Shown: positions 23,222 to 35,147 of the stretch, one piece after another
Layout of the letters: every line of letters begins with the position of its first letter
How positions within the stretch are numbered: the stretch's first letter is position 1
Assembly: GCA_002104905.1 (NCBI GenBank)
Contig: MCFE01000682.1
Coordinates: 1 to 46,323, forward strand
DNA length: 46,323 bases
Reading direction: 5' to 3'
DNA from: Basidiobolus meristosporus CBS 931.73
Taxonomy: Eukaryota; Fungi; Basidiobolomycota
Position numbers and translations under genes: made by a program
Notes under the pieces: model-generated
Seen by the model: the letters and a program-made list of their open reading frames with translations, nothing else
Databases searched by the model: none
Told to the model about the DNA's origin: nothing

Positions 23222-26200
23222 TCATTGATCCAATAAAAAATTGCTGGCCTTGTTCAAATCGTTGTCATATCGTTCCAGCGCGTCCACCGACTGCTCCTGC
23301 GTGAATCCCATCCCCATCAACTCCTTCAGGTTGCTAGAGTAGAGGTCGTCCTCGGTGATCGGGACCGCCTTTGACTTCTTCTTGAACGGTTTGAACGAGA
23401 AGACCGGCGACTTGTGCTTGGACTTGGGGTGGTCGTTGGAGTGGGGGACCGGTACATCCCGAGGATGCTCCGGGTAGACCTCCGAGCTCGGGTTTGGCGG
23501 GTTAAATGATGGCGAGACTACCGAATCTCCGAATGGGTCGTATTGTGGTGCAGGGTTGGGATTCGTTGGCTCGGTGGGGGGTGGGAACTGGTCAAAGTGA
23601 GGGGCAGGATTTGGTTGATTGACATGAGTGAAAGTTGCGTTATCGTCAAAGCCGGAAGTAGCTGTGGGTAGGCGCTTGGGGTGCAAATGCGTCTCCAAAG
23701 ACATCGTCAAAGCCGATGCTATTATTCGCCTTATTCAGGTCCACCTTTCCACCGAAAGCCTCGTCTAAATCGTTGGTGTCGGTTAGATTGTTGCTGTCGG
23801 CTGCTTTGAAATCGTCAAAGCCGAACCCAGTGAATGGGCTATTGGAGGGGGCTTGGCTCACGTTGGAGCCGCTTGGTTTGAAATCCATCGAATGGTCGGT
23901 GGGCTGTTTCGCGCTAGGGAACTCGGAGTTGAGTTCGAATTCGTCAAATGGCGACTTCGCCTTCGATGTGTCGAACGAAGTGTCGAAATCAACATCGAAA
24001 TCGGTATCAAAGGCCGCATCAAACTCAGTCAGCCCGCCGTTTATACCACTGGCTCGTTTGGCCTTAAGATCGACGAATTCGTCGTCAAAAATGGTGTCAA
24101 AATCATCCATGATCTTGCCTTTCTCCTTGGCCCCTTCACTGAAATGAACTGCGGAGGATTCGGCTTGAGGCTCCTTGACATCTGGTTTGGTTTCCTTGTT
24201 TTCTTCCACAGCAACTGGCGCCTCATCCTTTTCTAGAGTTGGTACTGGCAGCTCCTTGTTTAGGTTGATTTCTGGTTTGTGGGCAGCCACTGGTGCTGGC
24301 ATTGGCTCTGGTTCCTCAGTGTAGTTTGGTGACACAAATGGCTCCTCTTGGTCTACCTGCTCTACGGATGGCTTTTCTTGCTCTTCCGTGGGCTTGTCTG
24401 AGGCGCTTGTGGAGATGGGGTCCACTGGCTGGCTATTGTCAGGTGATTCCCAGAATATGGGGTTGCCGTAAGTCACAGGTTCTTGCGGTTGCAACTCGAA
24501 GTGAGAGTTGGGGGACGCGTTAGGCGGAATAAACGAGTCGTCAAAGCCAGAGGTGAATGGGTTTTCTTCCAAGTTTTCGGAATCGATTGCGGGGAAGGCT
24601 TCATCAAAGCTAGTGGGGCTTAAGCTATGGCGTTCCGAGTTGCTACGGACTGGTTCATTGAATTCCGGTGATTTCGACTCTTCATCCTGGACGATGAACG
24701 CAGTCGGTTCGGCGATTGCCTTCTTGTTATCGGTGGGTGTTTCTTCTGGTTCAGGAGTCTCGACAGGGGAATGTCTGGCCTCGGCTTCAAAGGAGCGGTT
24801 TGCATCATCCCTCAGGTGGGCCAGCTCTTCATTATGCTTGTTGACCTCCTCGTCCAGCTTTTCCCTCTCGGCTGTGACACTAGCAAGTTGCTCCCGGCTT
24901 GTTTGTAGCTGGATGTTTTGCTGCTCAATATCGCTGCTCAACTTGTCATTTTCCATCTTGAGTGCTTGCATCTCTTCGGTCAATTGGGCGATCTTTTGCA
25001 AGATACCGCTGCTCTCGCCCTTACCTCTCTCCAGCGCTTCATTCAATTCACCTCTCTGGGCTTGCAGCTGTTGGATCGTCTGCTCGACTTCAGTATTCTC
25101 CAGTCTACTCTGCTCTAATGATTGTTCCAGCTCGCCCTTTTGAGCTTGTAGTTGACCAACTTCCTGCTGGATTTCATTGCTCTCCACCCTAAGCTTTTCT
25201 AGAGATTCCTCACATTCACCCTTCTGTGCTTGTAGCTGCTTGATGCCTTCCTCCAAATCGGTGAGAGCCTTACGACTAGACTCGAGCTCCTCGTTCTCTC
25301 TTTTCAGAGTGTCCTGAAGCTCTTGAACGGCCTGCACTTCCGCATCGTGTTGGGCCTTGATTTCAGCGTATTTCGCTGTAAGCTCGCTCTTCTGCAATGC
25401 AATGGTAGCTAGACTGGCCTCAAGCTGGGTGTGTTGCTGTCTGGCTTCATTGGCGGCTGTGGTGGTCTGAGCTATCTGGGTTTGAAGATTTAATACCTCG
25501 GAGGCGTCCGGCCCTGGTGTGCCAGATATGCTACCAACTGATTTCACGGTGTCACTCGCTGTCAACGGCTTGCCTAGTAAGTAAGAGAGTCAGCACCACA
25601 ACAATGCTGCTTTGCTCGGCATGGTCGGGAACTCACTCTGCATCGGTGGGCTCTTGATCAACTCTAGGTTATCGTCGTTGAAGTCTAATAGCGAGGTGGG
25701 TTGGGCAGGTGTCGGAGGGAAGTTGCCAGCAGCTAGAAACAAACGGGCCTAAGCCTTTGGAGTCGCAGAGTGTCGTGCGCATACACTTACCCAGAGGCTT
25801 TCTCATAGAGGGGGGGATGAGGGAGCGGGGGAGTACTTGGGGCAGTTCGCCGCCTGAAAGCTTCAGCTGGATCAAGTACATTGACACGGCGAACTCCTCC
25901 CGATTGAGTTGTCCGCTCTGATTGATGTCGGCCAGGTCCCTAGATACGCGTGGGATAAGTAAACATCCAGTAATGCCAACAGCACATGCTCCTACCAAAT
26001 TTGCGCCAACACGGCTTCGGGCAGCTTGGATCTTAAGAAGTATTGCACCGCCTCCTCTCCGGTGATGTACCCTTTCTGGTTGATGTCGATGGTGGTGAAG
26101 AACCTGTCGAACTTGGCCTTGTCTTCGGGCTTGATTGCCCAATCCTCCTCCGGTGCGTTTTTGGGAATGAACGGACTGTTATTGAGGGAGATTGATCTTG

Positions 26201-26879
26201 GATTGGCCTCCACTCTCTCAGTGGTAGGCATCCTTACCGAGGAATATCCTGAGTGCAGACTTGTTGACCCAGTGCGAGAGATTCCAAGATTTGGTGTGTT
26301 GCCATTGAATGTGCCACTGCGACTACGTGGTCCTACACCTTCCACAGCGGGCGACCCCATCTGGCCTCCCTTGGCACTGCTGAGGAGCTCGGGGGGCAGA
26401 TGGCTTGGAATAGCTTTGATGGTCCCGTTCATGAAGTGTTGCACGAAGTACATGGCAATAATAAACTCGGATTGATCCAAACGCCCGCGGTTTCGCGTAT
26501 CGGCTAGATTCCTATACAAGAGCAACACACTCATAAATGACCGAGCTCAAGATGGCCAAAGCTGCTGGTGGGGCATCAGCTACTTCTTTCGAGGCCGTTG
26601 CGGTGAAGAAAAACACTGACCAGATTTGCCCCAGTACATCAATGGGTAATTTGGACCTCATCAGTAGGTCTCTAGCTGCCTCGCCTTGGGGAAGAGAGTT
26701 TTAGTGAGCATGGTTGCCAAGGAGGAATGGAAGCTAGAAAACTATTCACCATCTAAGTCGCCATCTTTTGGATTGCAGTTATTGAAGATTCTAGAAAATT
26801 TGGCCAGATCCTCATTGGTAAGAGGGACAAGTGAGGAGCCAGATGGTCCGTATAGATTTGGAGAATTTGGTATGCTCAT
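23222..26879 (-). CDS. EDE1: EH-domain endocytic scaffold, Ede1/Eps15-like (EH-EH-coiled coil-acidic-UBA; apparent frameshift at ~23666)
   Basis: EH motifs LGQIW|NLADTRNRGRLDQSEFIIAM and LAQIW|DLADINQSGQLNREEFAVSM, a long heptad region, FD/DF-rich linker, and C-terminal UBA (LMGMGFTQEQSVDALERYDNDLNKASNFLL). Confidence 0.88.
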
Positions 26880-27229
26880 TATGCTGCTGCTTTCTCAAGG
26901 GAAAGAAATACGTCACGAGAACGAGTACCGGAGAATTCTTGTCGTAGAAATAGAGCAAAAGAGAAAGACTTCTCGACTGGAGATGAACAGGAAGAAGGAG
27001 GGTTTGTGGTTGGGAGTTGCCTAGACTCGAGACTTTCAGAAGGCAATATGGTTATGGCGTGGCTTGATTCAAGAAAGGGAGTAAAATCCCAGCGAGGGGA
27101 TACTCGGAATTATTCAACCCCGATTTCGTGGATCAGCAAGTTGGGCAACTTTCGAAAAAAGGGATTTTATTTGTGTATTCTATTTATATACCTATTATGT
27201 ACTTATAGCAAAATGAATGAAAGAATCTT

Positions 27230-28399
27230 CTAATTGTCGAAAACAATACGTTTGGACTTGGGCTTCACATCGCCAGTGTAGCCTGGGAAGTCGTAGTCGA
27301 TACCGAGCTCCTGGAGCTTGGCTCTGGTCTTGGCCTCCTTCTTGAGGAGCTTCTTGACCACCCTGTTTCTCGACTCGCGGGTCTTGGGCTTGTTGTGCTC
27401 CTCGCGGGCGATCTTGTTCCAGGGAATGACTTTGAATTTCTTGTTGGCGCCGTCGAAAAGCTTGGGGTGGAGTTTGTCCTCTGGGATCACCTTACACTTC
27501 AACAGATGTCCGTAGAGAAGGTAGTTGTTCATGGTCTCGGCAACAATCTCCGCAACGTCCATTGACTTGAACTCGATGAATGCATAATGCTTGGATTTAC
27601 CAGTCTGATTTTGAACGGTGCTATGGTTAGATCTCTGGTGGGTACGAAATGGCTGCAACTAAACAAATACCTTCTTGTTTCTGGATAATCTGAGTCTGGT
27701 AACAGTACCGAATTGTCCAAAATAAGCGCGCATCTCATCTTCGTAGAAACCGTGAGGGATGCGGCCCAAGTAGATGACTCCGGTGTCGACCTTCTCGGTG
27801 TGTGCCTTCTGGTCAAGTTGCTCAAGCTTCTTCTTCAACTTGGCCTCGTCTTGGGGATCCAAGGCAATGTGAGGCTTGTTGTCGGTGAACTCATCTTTGG
27901 CGAATGTGCTTTCCAGATCACCTTCGTCATCTGAACTATCTTCGCCCTCACTGCTGTCGATTCCTTGAAGGAGCTCAGTCTCATCAACCTCCTCCTCGCT
28001 CTCCTCCTCAGGCTTAGGAGCGCTCTTGGCGACGGGCTTGCTCTCCACAGCCTCCTCCTCCTCCTCGGAAGAATCAACTCCTTCATCACTGCTGGAATCG
28101 GCGGCAGCGATTTCCTCGGCAAACATGGAGCTTTCTTCCTCCTCTTCTTGCTCCTCCTCCTCCGATTCGCTTTCAGCTTCGACTACCTTCTCGGGAACCT
28201 TGGATTTTTTGGCTGCAGGTTTGTTCTTCTTGGCAGCAACTTCCTTTGCGGCAGGAGCCTTTCTCTTTTGTGCGGGAGCAGGCTTTACAGCAGCTTTAGC
28301 GGCTGGCTTAGCAGCGGGCTTGGTGGCGGCCTTAGCAGCAGGCTTGGTGGCCTTGGTGGCAGCGGATTTGGTGGGGGCAGACTTAGATTTGGGAGCCAT
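27230..28399 (-). CDS. NOP15: Nucleolar RRM protein Nop15/NIFK (1 intron)
   Basis: K/A-rich then acidic N-terminus; RRM VIYLGRIPHGFYEDEMRAYFGQFG...RLSRNKK|TGKSKHYAFIEF...AETMNNYLLYGHLLKC; tail GIDYDFPG. Confidence 0.93.
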
Positions 28400-28784
28400 G
28401 GCTTGTTATTGTGATTCCCCAGGAATGATTGAGTGCACAGGAAGGAATACTAAAAATCAATATTACAAGGCAAGTAACTCCTACACGCAGCAAGAAAAAT
28501 TTCAGGTCGGCTCAACTACACTAGTCTTTTTTTTTTTCTCTAATCCTTTTCTTTTCACTCACCGAGAATGAATGCGATTCTTGGTTTTTTTTTGATCTTA
28601 CTTTTTGGGACTGGTCCCATCTCCCCTAACCCTTGGTTTTGGTGCCATACTATTGAGGGTTCTCCAGACTCTTGGTTGAAATCTCTATTTATTGGGATGG
28701 TTTAGTGTCTAGCGTTTAGCGGATGTTTAATGTTACATAATGGTTGTTCAAAATATGGATTTTGTATATTACTGGTGTGATGGG

Positions 28785-31414
28785 CTAATGCAAGTTATCA
28801 TATTCTTTGAGATATCCAAGTAGTCGCTTTTTATGGATGACTCCCACAAAGCGACCTTTATCTACAACACATAGGTAGCGCGTTCCAAGCTTGATGAACA
28901 GCTCTAGTACCACTTCCATCGGTGTATATTCCGTAACCGTGACAGGCGCATGATCCATGTAGGCACTAAAGTCATACTCATCATCAGGCACAAGTTCGGG
29001 ATGCTCGGTGAAGTGGCAACACTTGTGCAGATCCAGGTTCTTGAGCTTCTTGATCACGTACTCCAACTCGTTACAGGCTATATACCCAATAAGATAGCCG
29101 TGGTCGAGAATGGGAAAGCCTCCATCCGGATATTCGCTGCCTAGCATACGTTGAATCTTCTTCTTCAACATCTTGATGGTATTTGGTTCGTTCACACTAA
29201 TGACGTCCACATGATACTCGGTGATCTCTCCGGTACGTCCTAGGAAAATGTATTCCTTTTTGGAGTCCAGATAGGGATGTCCCTTTTGTTCAATCAATCC
29301 GTCGTAGATACTCTCTTCCGAAAATACGTCGCCCGTCCATTTTGCAACCAGGTTCGCAATGATCAACGGCAGCACGTACGAGAGTGAGCCAGTGAGTTCG
29401 AGCATAATGACGATCAAGGAGATGGTCATCCTTGTGGTTCCTGTAAGGGTGGCTGCCGCGCCAACGACCGCGTACAGCCCAGGGTTGATACACTGCTCTG
29501 AACCGCAGCTGGAAAAGAATGGACTGGATGGGTGGTTGATATGAAGCAATTCGACACCAATGCCGAGAATCTTTCCAGCCAACGCGCCAACTACCATCGA
29601 TGGAATGAAAATACCGCACGGAATTCGAATGCCAAATGTAAAGCACACAAGGAACGTTTTGATGACCAATGCGATGGCTAGATCACCGACAATAGGTCCA
29701 TATCCCGAAGGGCTACTTGGGCAGAGAGGGCGGTCTACACCGTCCCTTTTGCACTGTTGGAACAGTTCGGCAACCAACTCGCTGTTGCTTATTTTGGTCC
29801 ACTTGTTCCAGTAACTGCACAGCGTAGTTATGATAATCAAGACCACCACCTCCAAGATAGGGTAGTTCTTCAGTTTGGTAGAGCGCATCTTGTTGTACCA
29901 GAGATTGACTTGGACAAAGAAATAGCCGAACAGCCCTCCAAATATACCCAGAATGAAGAAGAAGATCAACTCGAAATACTGCCACGGCTGATCGTAGAAT
30001 ACCTGGAACAGGACGATTTTCCCGGTTCTAAAGGGGTCCCACAGTTTCAAGAAGAAGGCACCAGAGAAGGCACAGACGAAGCTTCTAATCAACACACGGT
30101 TCGGAAAGTAGTAACTGACTTCTTCGAGACTGAATAGGGCACCACCCACCGGGGCGGCGAAAGCTACGGCCACGCCCGCTGCCGCCGCAGCTGACAGAAC
30201 CTCACGTTTCTTTGCCTCATTTTTGTTGACTTTAGCAAGGGCGCGACAGCACACATTGCCTAAGCAGCAGGCAATGTGTACCAACGGGCCCTCTTTGCCG
30301 GTTGCTAGGCCCGAAGAGACCGACAGTATGATGCCAATGAACTTGACCCAAAGCGTTCGGAAGCCCAGGTATCCACGAATCACAAAACCACTCAAAATGG
30401 TTTTGACCTCTGGGATACCACTGCCTGCGGCATACAGCTTTCTGATTGGCTTTCCTTTTGGATTCTTCTTCATCGTGGCACCGTAGTACACCAACAGTCC
30501 CGCAATCAAGCCCCACAGAACCGCGAATCCGATGTACGCAATAAACGCCACCCATCCACGGGTAGTGGTGCTGCGATGCAGTATATCAATGTCCCGCCAA
30601 TTCACCCAATCAGCACATCCCGCCTGACCGGGACTATCCCAGCAGCAAAACGTCTGTTTATGGAACACGTTTTTCTTGCAGTAGCCAAGCTTCAGGTCGG
30701 AGAAGAAGCCCTCGGCAAACGAGATCATCGCAGCAAGTGAGCCACACAACGCACCAACGACCCCTACTAGAAGCCACATCTGGGCGTGCTCCCACACATT
30801 CAGTAATTTCCCGCGGATTCCCTTGATGCTCTTCAACTGGCGTTGGCGAGCCGTATTCTTTACCATGTCGTGAATCCAATCTAGAGACGATGGAGGCAAT
30901 GGTTTAGACGAATGATTGATGATAAGGTGTCACTGCTAGAACCTACCGATGGACGAATAATCCTCATACCACACTCGCAACCCATTCTTCTCGGTGGACA
31001 AGTCTCGAACGTCTGCGTCGTAGTCTTGAAGCTTTTGGGAGCGGTTGGAAAAGAACTTGTGGTTTCGGCGGGGGTTGTGATTACTATATACAGTCTCTTG
31101 GTTCTCTTCCTCGTAAGACATCTCAAAATCGTGACTGATCATTGGGGACCAGGTGTTCGAGTGGTGTAGAAACACCTTTGAGCGTCCTCTGCACAGAATG
31201 GATCAGGGTCAGTTGACAATGGAAACGTGGGCAAAGGTCGATTTACTACTTACATATATTCGTCATCGGGATCCAAGTTGTCTGGAGCAGCGGAAATCAG
31301 GTTGCAGGAGCTATCGATGGGGGTGAGGTGAGTCCGGGGAAACGTGGGTGGACAAAGGGTACTGTCACTTCGTCTAGTTCGCCCGTTTCTTTCTTCGTGA
31401 ATATCAGAACTCAT
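28785..31414 (-). CDS. CLC family Cl-/H+ exchanger, ClC-3/Gef1-like, with two CBS domains (2 introns)
   Basis: Signature motifs GSGIPE, GKEGP (gating Glu), LFSLEE (proton Glu) and GIFIP. Exons join as ...EYI|GRSK...YSSI|DWIHD. Confidence 0.94.
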
Positions 31415-33218
31415 GATGTTTGGTAGGTAGGATTAGAGTGGAAAAAAATCGTATGTAAACAAAGGATCGACGCGAGGGAAGCGGAGTAAATATCGGTACA
31501 GGGAATGCAAATTATTAACAGCTAGAGCTCGGAGACCTCTCTAAAAAAGCCAACCTTCCCGAACACCCAGTTATATATATTATTAGTGGTCGTCAAATTT
31601 CCATACGTGGACAGGAACATCGATTTACCGAGACTTTACAGCTATCGATCCGCACCATTCACGGATCAACAAGCTTCTAGAATGTGACCAGTCTATCTAG
31701 GCATAAACCTTTTGCCCTCGATCATTCGAAACTTTGGGTTTGTGAATATACTAGAATCTCTTCCTGATTGGGAATACCGAAATATTCCAAAACAGCTCGC
31801 CACATCTAGACCTATGGATGTTTGGGGCTCAGACTAGTTTGCACAGATCCAATCTAAAATAGCTACAAATCAGTAATGGACTAGTCTATTTCCAAGACAC
31901 CACTACGTTTCTCATGATTTCTATATGGAACCGATTGCGACGATAGCCCGCAGTTGACGCTACTCCACGTTTCCCATACTCTTGGCATGGCGTTGAATAT
32001 GAGCCACATTTCACTTCACTTTGTACTTGTTAGTGGGAATGGCCATTGGATCTGTGGGTTTACCACTGACGGGAGTTTCGCATCTACTGAGATTAATATC
32101 CCTAATAAGGAAACTATCCCGAGTTCATATTTCTAATGCTTTTATACTTCTCATCGAAAATGTTATGGAATGGACTTCTATTCTGGATCAAATCCCCTAA
32201 AGCCACAATCCCGGATTGGGATGGTATCTGTTACCAATATGGATATACATGCGAAGGTGATCAAGGTGAAATTTTATCTATCGTTATGATGGTTGCCACG
32301 ATAAGCTGATGGTCTGGCCGGACTCTTTTATGCTACTTTAACAATTGCTAGAGCCAACTGTGGAAAATATACATGCCGCTGTTATCGACTATATCGAAGT
32401 GTTGTTCTTGTGATGATCTTGGCATACAATATCAATGGTGTAAATCGGGCTTCCGCATCCAAGTAACAACGTTAGTTTTGGAGCCGCCAAGACGATCAGA
32501 AGTAGCAATCTGCACATTGTCGAACATGTCTATTATTAATTGCCATTCTACACTTGATAAGCGAGAATAGTATCTAAGGGAGATTGAGTGTGCGTACACA
32601 TAAGCAACTAGTAAACGAGGTTGAATCAGCGGACCAGCTTTGCTAGCAACTAATCCGAATGCTGTGGGGTATGCTGGTTGGAGAGGTGACATGACAAACA
32701 AGGTGTGGCTTGAAGTTTTTGGTTAACACCACTCAATGTGGGCCACTCCATACACACCACTCAATGTGAGGCTGTTTAATACCGGTGGATCAGAAGAGTG
32801 ATATAAATGAATATATACATGAAAGTGATAGAAATAACTAGAGGAGTCCGATGTTTGGAAGTAAATGATTTTCCACTTTGACAAAACTCAATCGTTATGG
32901 TGGGTTACTTCGTCAATGCTTTGGAGTAGGTGAAGCCCCAGAAGTTACCCAACTTGCCCACATAGCTTGCTAGGCCCTTCCTCAAAGCATCATTGATGTT
33001 ACTGTTACAAAGCTCTAAAAGCAGACAATATACTCTATTTCAACTCAGCATGTGAAAACCAACATTGCTACAGAGCATAATATGAGTTGCAACATGTAGA
33101 CTTGATCCACAGCTTTGAAGAGATTTACCTACTGCTCCCAGCACAATTTCGCCTAGCTCATCGTGCTGAGGGATTAAGATCGGAGGCCAAAAAGGTAAGC
33201 TAGGGTGCTGATAGGTGG

Positions 33219-33303
33219 TGCTGATGAAATTTGTTACTGCATTTATTGATTATATGCTAATGAAGTTTGTTGCTGCATTTATTGGTTATGTGCTAATGAA
33301 ATG
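33219..33303. repeat. 36-bp tandem duplication (x2.3) just beyond the hydrolase stop
   Basis: tgctgatgaaatttgttactgcatttattgattata / tgctaatgaagtttgttgctgcatttattggttatg / tgctaatgaa. Confidence 0.75.
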
Positions 33304-33354
33304 ACCGTCCCAAGTATCGCGCCTGGTTACATGCTAATGGAATGGCGAGGCAAT

Positions 33355-34365
33355 TCACCTAAGCATTGCTGACACCCGATTCAAGAAGTTAATCAACCCA
33401 GCGGTAGTAGCCTTCGGTGCTTCTTCCCAGATAAAATGGCCACCATGATACTCTTGGGATTCCACGTTGGATGCATATTCCTTTATAGAATCTGCAACCA
33501 GCGATCCCAGGAGCGTATCCATCACCGCAAAGACCGGTATAGTCAGGGTAGTGTTGTAATACCCCCTCGAGCTGTAAATGTCTATAGTGTTCCAGAAGTT
33601 CCTGTAGTAATCATTGCCGGCCCTAAATTCGTTTTTTCGGGTCAAAATTCGAATATACTCGTCGAAATCCTCCTGGTTGATGCCCGAGCGAGTGTCCGGA
33701 AGCATCAGATAATCGAAAACCTTGTTGAAATACAATCTCTCTTTGCACCTTACAAGCTCTTCTGGAAAGGGACTAGGCTCTGACTGTAATGAGGCAAACC
33801 ACCACTTAAATGTACCAGGTCTAGGATATGAAGGGATGTTTCCCAAGGTTTCGCCGGGCACTGGTGACCCACTCACCGTAAAACTAGCAACCTCCCTGTT
33901 GAACTCATGGACATACGCGTATCCAATCCATACTCCAATGTCGTGTGTCACAATGTGAACTTTTTCGGTGATGTTGAGAGATGCTAGTGCGAGATGCAGA
34001 TCAGTCGCAACCGTCAACGCATCATAGCCATCATCAGGAATAGATGATTCTCCTTGGCCACGGGTATCAAACGCAATGACCTGGTATCCAGCCTTCGCCA
34101 GTTGGGGAATCTGATTTCTCCACTCGTACCAGCTCTGTGGATATCCATGAATCAAAACGACCGTCTCTCCATCCTTTGGACCTTCGCGGACATAGTGAAG
34201 GCGTGCATTGGTCCCATTGTTCCTCACATCGACTGAAAAGTGCTTAAATGACTTGTAGATCCGGTTCTGGGAAGGAAAATACTTGGGCCTTGAACAACTG
34301 TAGTCGGCAGCCAGAACACTCAAACCCAAGTGTAAGAAGAAGGTCAGCAGAAATATCAATGACAT
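33355..34365 (-). CDS. Secreted alpha/beta-hydrolase, epoxide hydrolase class (Cif-like), intronless
   Basis: Signal-peptide-like MSLIFLLTFFLHLGLSVLA; HGYP oxyanion motif; nucleophile elbow THDIG; DYYR tyrosine; catalytic His in GGHFIWEE. Confidence 0.88.
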   Translation of the reverse strand: MSLIFLLTFFLHLGLSVLAADYSCSRPKYFPSQNRIYKSFKHFSVDVRNNGTNARLHYVREGPKDGETVVLIHGYPQSWYEWRNQIPQLAKAGYQVIAFDTRGQGESSIPDDGYDALTVATDLHLALASLNITEKVHIVTHDIGVWIGYAYVHEFNREVASFTVSGSPVPGETLGNIPSYPRPGTFKWWFASLQSEPSPFPEELVRCKERLYFNKVFDYLMLPDTRSGINQEDFDEYIRILTRKNEFRAGNDYYRNFWNTIDIYSSRGYYNTTLTIPVFAVMDTLLGSLVADSIKEYASNVESQEYHGGHFIWEEAPKATTAGLINFLNRVSAMLR

Positions 34366-34622
34366 TTGGAATGCAGCAGTAAGTTTTGGTGCACTGCTAT
34401 TTATGCATGGTTTCCTCCTAGCACACATTAGTAATTGCATCCTTCGCTTTGACGGTTTGTATTAATAATACGCATGCCTGGGAAAACCGGTTATCAACTA
34501 CATCAAGTCTAAATGGGATTAAGCTTATTGATGGAATGCAGTGACAAATCAATCCGTAGGTAAGGTGTGAATGGCAAACCAAATCCATCTGCTAGCAACG
34601 ACTGAACGAGTCACAGTCTACG

Positions 34623-34697
34623 AAGATCCGTTTTTTCCTGCAAATTGCCACACTCAAAGATCAGTTTTCTCCTGCTAATTGTAACACTCAAAGATCC
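34623..34697. repeat. 34-bp tandem duplication in the divergent intergenic region
   Basis: aagatccgttttttcctgcaaattgccacactca / aagatcagttttctcctgctaattgtaacactca / aagatcc. Confidence 0.75.
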
Positions 34698-34992
34698 AAC
34701 GCATTGCTATGTGAATGGATATTTGCAGTTATTTCGTGATGCGGGTTTTTGCTTAAGCAAGTCCAAGCTTTAATCAGATCTCCGTACCTTTCTGGGCATA
34801 GGATTTCCAGACATAAATCAATAATAATGTGGCTAGGTGGAGGTAATTGTCGTTGACACCAATTGACGCGGTGACCCCCATATCCCCCTATGTTTCCTTG
34901 ATACCCTCCTTGTTCATTGCATTGATCAGGATCAAAACGCAGTGAAGGCATCCCAAGTTGATCCGTGCTGTGTACAATAGAGGTTAACCCTG

Positions 34993-35036
34993 CCCTAACC
35001 TCTCCCTAACCTCTCCCTAACCTCTCCCTAACCCCT
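34993..35036 (+). repeat. 4 x 11-bp CCCTAACCTCT array (contains telomeric CCCTAA)
   Basis: Units at 34993, 35004, 35015 and 35026. Confidence 0.85.
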
Positions 35037-35052
35037 CCAGATACAAGCTAGT

Positions 35053-35060
35053 TATAAAAA
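35053..35060 (+). promoter_or_regulatory. Putative TATA box of the GH25 gene
   Basis: TATAAAAA ending 88 nt upstream of ATG 35148. Confidence 0.45.
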
Positions 35061-35147
35061 GAGTATGGATTCCCCCGTCACCTTAATACTACCCCAACTG
35101 GTCTTTCCTTGACGGGGATTCATATCACGCAAGCCTTTTCCGACAAA

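Noticed and set aside
31500-33200. Gene-free stretch with a 14-bp direct repeat (caccactcaatgtg x2, ~32727-32770)
   Set aside because: Repeat too short to be meaningful; no ORF or RNA structure supportable.
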